DNA of 64,000 nucleotides from Azolla caroliniana (Eukaryota; Plantae; Polypodiophyta): NCBI GenBank assembly GCA_043228905.1, contig JBHGNT010000015.1, positions 19,468,001 to 19,532,000 of the forward strand, read 5' to 3'. Shown piece by piece: positions 1 to 11,846 of this stretch (position 1 is its first letter; each line of letters starts with the position of its first letter). The notes under the pieces were generated by a model. It saw only the letters and a program-made list of their open reading frames with translations, ran no database searches and was not told where the DNA came from. The position numbers and the translations under genes were made by a program.

Positions 1-422
1 GAGTTTCATTACTTTAAGTGAAAATATCAAGATTACCCCCATGTATTAGTGATCGTCGTCCTTTACTCTTTCCCCTTGGTATCGCCTTATGCACATCGCA
101 AAAAGAGTGGATAGAACCCATACATGTCAAATTGTATTTTAATAACGACAACTTCATTCTTCCACAAAGCCAACCAATTTATATACTTATTATTGAATCC
201 TTTTGTCTTCCTATATATGTTGTAAAAAAATAGGAAATACTCCATTTTGCATTACACTCAGAACTACGCATGACTGCCTTAGTATTAGAAAGTGTGTTGG
301 AGAAAAGGACGGGTACATAGGTTGGTAGAATATATGGCTAAGAACGAAGGGAGCAAGTGAAAAATCTGTAGTTATCAAGAGAATCTTTAGTATAGGAAGT
401 ATATATCAAGGTTTGGTTTAGT

Positions 423-2753
423 ATGGATATGATGATCGTGTTTTCGTCTATGGTGTTTTGGGCTAGGCTAACAGTGGTACAACTGGTACTACTTGTTGTA
501 TGGGGAGAACATGGGGTATTGGGATCACCTCTAGTTTCGTCAATGTTTGTCAATAATACTGATTTTTGTAGTCGAATACTATTGGCACGAAGCGTGGGAA
601 CTTGCCCTAGGCCACCCACAATGGACAACCTGAATGTGGACATGATATTGGGCTCATACTATGAGCTTGGTTCAACTGTCGGTTACAAGCTACGTAATGA
701 TCAACTAGCTACCGCATGTGGTCACACTAACTTCTCTATCAAGGAGCCTCCATATAATGACAATGAAAATGTTTTTTTCATTGATATTCAATCTTCTAGT
801 GTTCCCATTCTCCGAGGTCCCCTACATGCCTTGCGCCATGCCTTGCATAGAGTTGCATTCTCGAGTTCGGGTGCTTGCTCTCATGTTGCACACATATGCA
901 CCATCACAACTAATCTCTCTGACATCTCTGATCGTATTGCCAATGTAGTTTTGTCAAGTGGCTACAATGACATTGATCCAATGACATCATCAAGTTTACA
1001 AAATGCATCAATGACAATAAAGGCATCTGTGGCAAATGTGCATAGACAGCTTGATCGCATTGCTAATGCCATTGGCTCTCTAGTGGCCGGTATTTGGATT
1101 GCCCTCACCCAAGTTAATGATGAATCCAACAATGATGCCACCACGACTACTCAATCATTATTGATCCCAGCTACGCGACTCCATATTGACATTGCTGTTG
1201 GAGAGGTTCGCAAGCTTGAAAGTTTTGTAGACAATCTTGCTGATGTTGTTAGGCTCTTAGATGGGCTAAATACACCCGATGGTTTTCCATTATATCATGC
1301 TCTCCATCAAGCTTCACTTATCATCAACAATCGTGTCAATGAAGCCATCTCCCAGGTGTGGTAACAATAATCCTTTTCAATGTACCTTTTATTATTATTT
1401 TGAAGTGTGAGGTCAAAACTTGATGCATAACACCGTTCACAACATTTTCTAAATTCTCCAATCTTTCCAGAAATGAATGCTAGTTTTCAATGATTAGGTA
1501 TGCCAAACTTCTAAATACAAGAGTGAAAGTTGAACTCTTGACTATATGCCACTAGGGCCTCCCTCTATTAAGGTTTCCTTGACTTATCTTTTGATGGCAT
1601 TATTTATATTTGAATATTTTGAATCCTTTTCATAACAAAGTTTGGATGTACCTCATCGTTTCCATGACAATATTGACTTTGATTTCTAAGAAAATGTTTA
1701 ATATGCACAATCTTTCTTTTCTGTCAAGAAAATATATCCTTCCATTAGTTTTGAAAAGCATATCAGCTACAAAATACAAAATAGATGGAAAGGAAGTGAG
1801 TCGTGACTATCCTTCCCCAACCCGTCTTGTAATATGCACAATCTTGAAAAATAATCATGGACAATTCTTTTTGCACAAGGTGATGTTTTTGGTGAAAAAT
1901 AATAAGTGCATTTAAAGAACATGGATCATTCAATTCGTACTTTAGATTCAAAATGGAATTCATGGGTTAATCAATTTTCTAGTACTTAATGACTTCATTG
2001 TTGGCTAACAATGAATGATAGAAATGACACATTAGCTTGAAAAACTCAAAACATGTTAAATAGTTGCTTAGAAACATATAGCTTATTAAATGCGTACATA
2101 AATTGATGTGGAAAAGGTTACTTTCCTTGTATGTATTCATTTAGAAGGCACATTGTTCTCTATGTATCCAATTTGGTGTGGTTATGTATCCTTTCATTAA
2201 TGCCTTATTTTATTATATGTTTCCTATTCTAACAAGTTTTATATCATTGTAAGTGAAGATAACAACATTGGAGGGTTCGATTGTCATGATTGAAGAGCCA
2301 TTGATGCAAATGGTGGCATCAAGTGAGAGATTCATAATTGGGGATTCTACAATTGGAATAAAAAACTCAAAGATGATTAAGAGTAATGGCCAAATAGCTG
2401 TCATACGGGAAAGAGATGGTGGCACTATCCTCTTGACGCCTCAAAATTTCCAAGTGCTTGCACTTGAGAGTAGTTTACAAACAAGTGATGTGTCTCAAAC
2501 ATACTCTGCTCTCCTCATATATACATGCAACCATGGCAATGTTATCGAGGATGATGTCAATGATCCCAACTTTAGTTATGGCCATGAGGACATTGTGATC
2601 CTATCACGTACACCCACACTTCCTTTTGAAACCATCATTGACTTCTTGAATGTTGCTGCCAGTTATGGTATCTCGTCAACAACTTGTGATAGCCCATTCA
2701 TTCCGAACCTACAACCACCAATCTATGATTGTAGTGATACCAATAATGATTAG
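423..2753 (+). CDS. Secreted apolipoprotein-D-like lipocalin with large internal helical insertion; predicted exons 423-1355 and 2259-2753
   Basis: Hydrophobic N-terminal signal-peptide-like stretch. Exon 1 has GTCPRPPTMDNLNVDMILGSYYEL, matching lipocalin SCR1 (ApoD [24 protein letters not shown]), then ACGHTNFS (ApoD RCIQANYS). Exon 2 has FQVLA..YSALLIYTC..IVILSRTPTLPFETI..C (ApoD YWILATDYENYALVYSC..WILARNPNLPPETV..C). A phase-0 junction CAG|gt(1356)...aag(2258)|ATA joins the two ORFs in frame; the junction is tentative. Confidence 0.72.
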
Positions 2754-3399
2754 CAAGGCAACGAGATGATTCTATGTTAAGTTTAGAGATTAATATATTG
2801 TTCTTGAATAGTTGTATCTAAAAAGAAATCAAAGTTTGGGTATTTTTAGGTATTTGAGATTCAATGGATATCAATGATGACCACATTCTTTAAAAGCTGA
2901 TTGCACCATTAGCTTGACATAAGTGGACCTCCACATCTTATCATTGCAAATTCCTCTAATGCCATGAAAAATTTGCACATAACATATCGTTAAATTTAAG
3001 TTTGATGACTATAATCAGTAAACATATGAACACATTATTACAATTATAAATTCGAGGCTTAAGAATTGTTCGCGTATGATATGTTGCTCCCGGAGTATAC
3101 TTTTCTCCATAAAATCCATAAATTGACATGTTTATAAGGTATGCCTACACCTTGAAATGATCACAAGCAAGAACATCATGCATTGCCTTGTTGGGAGTGA
3201 GGTCAATAACCATAAAATGACCATCATAGAGTTTTATTAAGCTATTTTATAACTAGCAAAAATAAGTGTTATGGAAGATCTAGAGATTATATGTATCATG
3301 ACAACCATTGAGGTGCTAATATGAGTATCTCTGTCTCCCTCATACACACTTGCAAGATATAAACATAATGGATTGTCACCCTCTCTCACACAAGCTAAG

Positions 3400-4520
3400 G
3401 TCAGGGACCTAAACAAGGAACTTGGAAGGATGATGACGATGATGAGAAAAACACAAAACAAACACATGAACCTAGACTAGGAACTTAGAAGGATGATAAT
3501 GATGATGACAAGAACACCACGAAAGAAAAAAAAGGATCCAAGCTAGGAACTTAGAAGGATGACAACGATGACGACAAGAACACCACGAAAGAAAAAAAAG
3601 GATCCAGGTTGGGAACTTAGAAGGATGACAACGATGGCGACAAGAACACCACGAAAGAAACACAGGGACCCAAACTAGGAACTTAGATTGACAACGAGAA
3701 CACCACGAAAGAAACACAGGGATCCAATTTGGGAAGTTAGATGACGATGAGAACACCACGAAAGAAAAAAAAGAACCTAGGCTGGGAACTTAGAAGGATG
3801 TCAACGATGACGACAAGAACACCACGAAAAAAACACAGGGACCCAAACTAGGAACTTGGATGGACTATGAGAACACCACAAAAGAAACACAGGGATCCAA
3901 ACTAGGAACTTAGATGACGATGAGAACACCACGAAAGAAAGAAAAAGGACCCAAACTAGGAACTTAGAAGGATGATAACGATGACGATGAGAACACCACG
4001 AAAGAAACACAGGAACCCAAACTAGGAGCTTAGAAGGATGACAACGGTGACGAGGAGAACACCACGAAAGAAACACAAGGACGTAGACATGGAACTTACC
4101 AGGATGACGACGAGAACACCACGAAAGAAACGCAAGGACCTAGCCTTACAAGGATGACGATGAGAGCATCACATAAGAAATGCAGGGACCCAGATTTACA
4201 AGGATGACAAGGATGGCAACGAGAGCACCACGAAAGAAACGCAGGGACCTAGGCTTACAAGGACGACGACGAGAACAACACGAAAGAAATGCAGGGACCC
4301 AGACTTACAAGGATGACGACAAGATCACGACGACAGAAACACAGGAACCCAAACTGGGAACTTACAAGGATGACGGCGAGAACACCACGAGAGAAACACA
4401 GGGACCCAAGCTGGGAACTTACAAGGATGACGACGATGACGACGAGAACACCACGAGAGAAACACAGGGTCCCAGACTGGGAACTTACATGGGACGGAGA
4501 CAGAGACCATGAAACACAGG
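3400..4520. repeat. Degenerate minisatellite, about 18 units of ~51-66 bp
   Basis: Recurrent unit gggacccaaactaggaacttagaaggatgac(aacgatgac)gagaacaccacgaaagaaacaca. The overlapping ORFs on both strands are repetitive translations of it. Confidence 0.9.
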
Positions 4521-4955
4521 GTCTGGTATGGGACTGAGTATGATGGCAACACCAAGGAAAGGAAGGTAGCAGACAGAGACGAGACTTGAGATCCGAGGCC
4601 TGAGCCTCGGGCCGGACGGGCTATGGGCATATAATAGGGGTATGGATGGGACAGAGAGAGACCCATTCTAGGATCTCACAACCTCAGACCTAGAGACACA
4701 CACCACAGGATAGGCAATCATGGCTACAAGAAGGAGAAGAAGAAGAAGAAGCTGCAGCAGCAGCAGCAGCACATAGGGAAGTTGGAACACACCCAGTTTG
4801 AGTTTTACAAGGCCTTCTCTCTCCTTTGCCCTTTCAAACGCTTGCCCATTCCCTTGTTGATTTGTCATCGTCGATCTTTGGACCCCCACCTTCCTCTCCA
4901 TCAATGGGCAGGTAACACTAAGATCCAATCCCAGAAGAAGAAGAAGAGCAGTATC

Positions 4956-7900
4956 ATGTCTATGATGGATGATGATACTCCATTGATGAAGGATATGAAG
5001 CAAGGAGACCCATTCCCAAGCAATGAATTGATCCTCAACGAAGGGTTCACGACGACGGGTTTTGTTGGTAGTAGACCCACACTATCCACATCCGATTCCG
5101 ACATTCTTGGACGCCTCTCTGACCTCGTCCTCGAGATATCCAACATCGGCGAGTGCTCGAAAAGGGTGTTCAGAATAGAGGCGTCTAATCTCACCAGAAG
5201 AGTTAAGCTTCTTTCCCCTCTCTTTGAGGAGGTGAAAGAGCATCATGGAGGAGGGGGAGGGGGGTCTTCGCTGCTTCCGATCCTTCCCAGTGAAGCCGAT
5301 CGACAACTCAGATTAATCGAAAGAGCTTTGCAAGCCGCCTGTGATATCCTCAAATGTTGCCAATCTGGAAGCAAATTATATATGGTATGCTGTCATTTTT
5401 ATCATCTGATCGTAATTGAATTGTTAATTTTGGGGTTTATATTGCATATAAGCTGTTGTTTGTCTCATCGTTGTAGATAGTAGTTGAGTCATCACCTTTG
5501 GATTAAAGGAGAGGATGGACATCTCCCAAAATCCCGAATGAAAGTGAAGAAACAACAAAATCTATGAAATATTGGAAATTGTTACACAGATATAGAATTG
5601 TTACACAGTAGGATAGAATTTTTATCTTCCATGACGAGGCTGATTTTGACCGACTGGACCAAATAAACATATCATCTTTTATGCAACTCCTTCCTAAGAA
5701 GGGGGGTTATTAGTTTGCAGTAAAAACTCTCTCTTTAAAAACAAAGCACTCACATATGTGTTCATCCGTTGTGATGCGGATTTCAATTATCATGGCCGTC
5801 AAAGGATTCATCATACTTCTGCTGAATTACCTTATATGCTAAGCATGCGAGAAGCAAATGATACTGATCCTCCACTAGGTTTTCGTTGCATACCTTGCAT
5901 ATCTTCATAGAAGTGATATCCATATATGCTGAACATGTGAGAAGTAAGTGATATCCATCCCCGTCTAGGTTTCTATTGCATACCTTGCATATCTTCATAC
6001 TATCAATGATACTGATCCTCCACTAGGTTTTCGTTGCATACCTTGCATATCTTCATAAATGTGATATCCATATATGCTGAACATGTGAGAAGTAAGTGAT
6101 ATCCATCCTCGTCTAGGTTTCTATTGCATATCTTTATACTATCGCGATTACACCATGAGGCTACTGCAATGCCTAACTTGTGTGTGCGAGTTCTTGAGAA
6201 GTGTTAAGACTCTCCGAGAGCCGAGGTTCATCGGGGTAATAAGATGTGGTTAGATGCATTGTGGCATTTTTATCTTTTATTGGGGGCAACATTTGCAATG
6301 CATATTTCAATTTAGTATTCACTATAAAGGAGAAACGAAATTAGGAATATTATAATAAGAAGAAAAATTATTACTCTACATAGTGGATCTGCCGGATGTG
6401 GTTAAATACATTCTGGCATTTTTACCTTGTATTGAGGCCAACATTTGCAATATATATTCCAATTTAGATATTCACCATAAAGGGAGAAACTAAATTAGGA
6501 ATTCCTATATTATAATAAGAAGAAATATAACTGCATTGCATAGTGGCACTGCCATTTGGGCAGACCCAAAAATTTCTTAACGTTGTTTAAGCATCCAATG
6601 ATATAAATTGTTTTCATGTTGTGCTGAATAGTATCGAACTGATGTGTATCTAAAATATATAATGAAAGATAACAAAGTTGATTGGTTGTCTCTAGCAATG
6701 TTACGTCTCCTATCATGTTACCATTCTACAAGCACATACTGTTTTTTACTTTAGTATGGATGATAACAAAGTGACTTCAGATGAGCCATACAAACAAAGT
6801 GTAAACCAAAACTCGAAACTATTTTAAACAATATATCAATCTTTGTTACATAGAAAAACTCATTTGGTTGAGTTTGATATATTTATGTTTATGAAGGCAT
6901 GTACACACGTGTCGATGCGTATATATGAGAGATAAAAGAACATGTTAAGAACTCTGAGAAGGCGACTGGCTTATGGAACTTCAAAAAGCTACAACATGAC
7001 TTCAGATGAGCCATGCAAACAAATTGTAACCCAAAATTTGAGACTAACTAAAAACTCGTCTCTTCTTTTGGTGTACTCTGTACGCTTGTCATAGTGGGGT
7101 CATGGTTCCTGAAAGATCCATTTCACTCTCTCTGAATAGGAGACCCTAGAACGAGCAAAATGTGAAATGAACCTGCCACTTTGTCATCAAACACAGGAAA
7201 CTTGAGAAATAGTTTCTGTGAAAAGTTACCAAATATTGAAACATTTATAATATTCCATTTTATTCATATTTGCAATATGAAGCAGCCAGAAAAGAAATTT
7301 GCAATTGAAGATTTCGTGCTGCACTATTTGTAAAAGCCCACTCTTTTTTCAGCCACTGGTCTCCTTACATGGTGTTTCCCCTTACATCTAAAATATTATA
7401 TGCATGCATGTTTCTAAACCTGTTTGGTTTTCTCACTGAATGTGTCTTTTTTATGCTGTTACAAGGTCCTAGAGAGAGAGGCTATGCTAGCTCAATTCTC
7501 AACTGTTACAGCACAGCTGGAACATGCACTTGACGGTGTGCCTTATACCTTGCTGGACATATCTGATGAAGTACGGGAGCAGGTACGCTATTTCTGAAGA
7601 CAATTAACTTGCATTGACATAAGGTTACATGTGACAAGGGTCATAAGGACCAATGTTGGGTGTTTGTGTGTGTGCAACCCATATATCACATGCATACATG
7701 CACATATGATAGTAATATGACATTTATAAAATTGGCAATCAAATCATCTCTGTCTGTCTTCCCGTGCAGGTTGAGCTTGTACATGCACAATTGAAGAGAG
7801 CAAAAGGAAGAGCTGATTTTCAAGATATCGAGCTATACAATGACATATCAACTATACTATCAGAGGAAAGCAATAATGCAGAGAGTAATGCTATATTAGA

Positions 7901-10202
7901 AAGACTAGCAGAAAAACTGTCTTTAAAGACACAATCAGAAATAAAGCAAGAGACCCAAGCTTTGAATCAAGCTTTCACTGATTCAAAGGCTGAAGGGAAG
8001 AGTGAGAGAATTGATGACATGTTTTTGCTTTTGAATCGACTTAAAGAGATTGCAGTTAATGATGTAACTTTGCGGGATATGCTTGAAACTGAGAAAAATA
8101 CCCAAACAGAGAATCTCAGCTCCCCTATCATCCCCGACGATTTCCGCTGCCCGATTTCTTTGGAACTCATGAAAGATCCAGTCATTGTCGCTACTGGTCA
8201 GGTTCGTTTGAGATTTGACATATAAACTAAGGAAAACCCCAAATGCCCCTGACTTTCTCAATATTCAGCAAAGATGCCCCCACGTTTTGAAAACAAAATT
8301 ACGAAGATGCCCAAGATTCTTGTGAATCATGCTTTCTCAACTAATTAATTCATTGCAATTTAGAGGCATTTTGTTATTATGTTTTTCTGAGTAAGGTGCA
8401 TTTGCATAATTTGGTGGTTAATGAATTTAGCAATGGGCATGGTTTCGGCTCAAACCAAACCATACCGTTAAGCCATGGTTTAACGGTTTATTGGTTCCAA
8501 AATAGTTTAATGGTTTGATTTGGTTTGGATTTTTGATGAACGGTTCGGTTTTGGTTTGGTTTGGTTCTAAAACTCGGGTTATAGGTTTATAGGTTTGGTT
8601 TAAAGGTTTCTAGGTTTTTGGTTAACTTTTTTTTTACCTTAATAGTTTATTAATTTAATGCTTTTTTATTAATTTAATCAATTTAACTTAAATGTTTATT
8701 TAATTTAATGTTTCAATTAAAGTTTCTTTTATTGATTTAATAAATTTAACTTAAATGCTTATTTAATTTAATGTATTTGTGTTTATTTAGATGTTTAATT
8801 AGTTTGATTTAAATGGTTAGGTTTAAATTTTTTATTAAATGGTTCGGTTTGGTTTCAACTTTTCCCTAAATGGTTTGGTTTGGTTTTTGTTTTATATAAA
8901 TGGTTTGGTTTCGGTTCGGTTCGGTTTCTTTGCCTTGAAACCGAAGCGTGCCCATTGCTAAATGAATTGTTGAGTTTGCTCTAAATCTTGATGTTTGTGG
9001 ACATATTTGAAGACATATGAGCGAGCCTTTATTCAGAAATGGATTGATAATGGAAACAAGACATGCCCAAAGACGCAACAAGTTCTATCACACTTGATAT
9101 TAACACCAAACTATGTCTTAAAGAGCTTGATTGCACAATGGTGCGAGACACATGGTATTGAGCTGCCCAAGGTTGGATCAAGCGATGAGCCCATGGATTT
9201 TAATTTGTTTACTTTTATAATGTGTTTTCATATACTATTCCATAGGTTCTAACTGATTTTTTATTTTCTTCTGTTATTTGTGCTCATATACTATTCCATA
9301 AGTTTAAGTTTTCACTTGAGTTAATACATTTTGTATTGTGATAGGTACCCTCTGGAGACCGTCAAGCAATCAAGGTTTTGCTTGAGAAGTTGTCTTTGGG
9401 AGCACCAGATGTGCGACGAGCAGCAGCAGGTGAAATAAGAATGCTAGCAAAGAGGAATGCCGAGAATCGTGTGTGTATAGCAGAGGCGGGCGCAATCCCT
9501 CTTCTAGTAGCTCTCCTCTCGTCTTCTGATGATCGTACCCAAGAGCATGCCGTCACGGCACTACTTAATCTCTCTATCCATGAATCCAATAAAGGATTGA
9601 TTGTTGCATCAAACGCCATTGGTCCTATTGTTGAGGTTCTAAAGAATGGTATTATGGAAGCTCGAGAGAATGCCGCTGCCACACTATTTAGCCTCTCGGT
9701 AGTGGATGAGAACAAGGTGACTATTGGTGCCTCAGGAGCCATACCAGCATTGGTTAGTCTCTTGTGTGATGGATCGTCAAGGGGGAAGAAAGATGCGGCG
9801 ACAGCCCTCTTCAATCTCTCAATTTATCAAGGCAACAAAGCAAAAGCAGTACGAGCCAATGTCATTCCGCCTCTGATGAGCCTTCTTGTTGATCCATCAT
9901 CAGATATGGTAGATGAAGCTCTCGCAATACTTGCTATTCTTGCTACTCATCAGGAGGGAAGATGCGCTATTAGTCAAGCTTCAGCCATCCCAGTGTTAGT
10001 AGAGCTTATAAAGTCAGGATCGCCCAGGAATAAGGAGAATGCGGCTGCAGTGTTATTGGCCCTTTGCTCAAATGATCCCTTGCTTATAGCTCAAGTTGTA
10101 CAACTTGGTGGTGAAGGTCCTCTGAAGGAGCTTGTTATAAGTGGGACCACCCGAGCTCGCCGCAAAGCCTCATCGTTATTGGACCATATGAGGAAATCTT
10201 GA
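4956..10202 (+). CDS. PUB13: Plant U-box/ARM-repeat E3 ubiquitin ligase (PUB10-14/SPL11 class); exons 4956-5384, 7466-7582, 7770-8201, 9013-9171, 9345-10202
   Basis: UND domain ([21 protein letters not shown]|[15 protein letters not shown]|VELVHAQL). U-box [24 protein letters not shown]|[18 protein letters not shown]....[19 protein letters not shown] repeats ([27 protein letters not shown]). All introns are GT-AG and keep frame. The start codon and exact orthologue are uncertain. Confidence 0.93.
5690..6260 (-). mobile_element. Non-LTR retrotransposon (LINE) 3' remnant in PUB intron 1, with internal ~148-bp duplication
   Basis: Minus-strand [30 protein letters not shown] is the C-terminal Cys/His zinc-binding motif of LINE ORF2. 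The segment at ~5858-5990 is repeated at ~6007-6130. Confidence 0.65.
6242..6525. repeat. Two-copy ~150-bp tandem duplication
   Basis: gatgtggtta.atgcatt.tggcattttta...ttaggaat..tattataataagaagaaa occurs at ~6242 and ~6395. Confidence 0.75.
8428..8960. mobile_element. hAT-superfamily MITE (533 bp) in PUB intron 3
   Basis: TIRs tagcaatgggca (8428-8439) and tgcccattgcta (8949-8960). Perfect 8-bp TSD aatgaatt at 8420-8427 and 8961-8968. Subterminal clusters of ggttt/cggtt and an AT-rich core. Confidence 0.92.
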
Positions 10203-11846
10203 AAGGGGTATATGCCCCATTATTAGAGCATATGACTAGGCATACATATAGGCTTGATTGAAACCTTTTAGAGGAGGGTTTTTCAAGATTCTACTTTGTA
10301 TAAATGATGTCCTGGTTTGTCTTTATTACAGGAATTTCTATCAATAAATGCTCTTGGCATTTTGGAAAACACTGCTGAAAATCAAAGAACATAATCTATG
10401 CCAAAATGTTGTCTCGAATTATGGTTTTAGTTTTCTTCTTGTGGTAAATTTCCAACTTTTTGTGGTTCTTGCATGCATCTAAAGAATGATGACTGCTATA
10501 TTAATGCTTTGATTCAACTAGTCGTCAAAACTTGCCCTGCGTTTCCTTTCATTTTGCTTTGAAATGGATTCATAATGATGGTGGGTTTAAAAAAGGAGCT
10601 ATATTACACTAAGACCAAGTCGATCATCAAGCAACAGTGCTTCAATGTTATGGTAGAGAAATCGTTGGTTTGTATTATCTATTTACACTAAACCAAGTTG
10701 AACATTTTTTTGAATATACAATCCCTTTGAAAATATACTACGGTTAGTCTTGGGTATATTTTGTAGATAGGGTAGTAATGTTGGACATAGTAATGTCTGA
10801 CCCTATACGCCAATCTATTGGAGTGCAGTATTGGGCTAGCACCATTGTAAGATACCCAATGCCCATACAATATACCAAAGATGGAAATCTCCAAATTCTG
10901 TGTGTTTCCACACTAATATATTTCTGCGAAAAAGGGAATACAATATATCAAGAATGTTTTGGATGCTGAAAATGGTGTCAATCAAGAAGATATATGTAGC
11001 TGTAAATTTGAGTTTGACAAAAATACTTCTCCCCACCCCCCAATATTTTCAAGTACTCTAACGAAGAGGGGCAAAGATATAAAATTAGCAAATCTTACGA
11101 TTATTTTCAGATTTCCCAAAATGGCCCCCAGGTTCTACAACAAAATGGACATGGATACAAATAAATTTGGAGAAAGGCAATATATCATCTCCAAGCCCAT
11201 GTTTCAGATTTCCCAAAATACCATAATGTACAAACATGAGTATTAACACTTCAAAATTCCATCGAGAGAGGGAATTTGCCTCGAGCAGATTCTAAATTCC
11301 CCATAAAGTACATAACTCCTCATCTTCCACGGCAAGAGATATGGACGACCAATATAAAATGTTGTTGTTACGTTTTTGAAATTCTCAAAAACTACCCTTT
11401 AATCTTTGGTAACAACAGAAGTGGATGCAAGCCCATAACATTTTGAAGACTGTGTTTCTAAATGTCTCCGGAAAGGTGGCCATCATCTTTGATAGCGACG
11501 GAGATGGATTGAAATATATAAACCTTGAGAGCATTTTTCCGAAACTCCGTAGATAGAGATAAGTACCCCCCCCCCCCATTCTTCGATAATGACCCTGATA
11601 GGCAAGAGCGAGCGAGATCTGTGAGCTTCTTTTTCGGATCTCCCGGACAATACCCCTCCCCTCTCTCTCACTCTCTCTGTCTCTTCGATGATAACTAACG
11701 ACAGAAAGACAAACAAAGAAGGAAAAAAAAGGACCAAAACTTGTGAATGTGAGTTTTGAAAATTCCCAAACATACCCCTCAGCCTCATCTTCCATAACAA
11801 AACAGAGATATGGAACAGAAAGCAGACCAAATTTTGACATGGTGTG

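Noticed and set aside
4300-4445. FLAG-tag-like peptides (TYKDDDK, TYKDDDDDD) in ORF 4180-4512
   Set aside because: They arise from the gradually drifting minisatellite unit (acttacaaggatgacgac). There is no exact DYKDDDDK and no vector sequence nearby, so this is coincidence.
3400-4520. CRISPR-like appearance of the regular repeats (also 22428-22729 and 34185-34680)
   Set aside because: Units are contiguous tandem copies with no unique spacers, there are no cas genes, and the context is eukaryotic.
3472-4666. Cys/Trp/His-rich ORFs on the minus strand
   Set aside because: Repetitive translations of the minisatellite, frequently interrupted, with no domain features.
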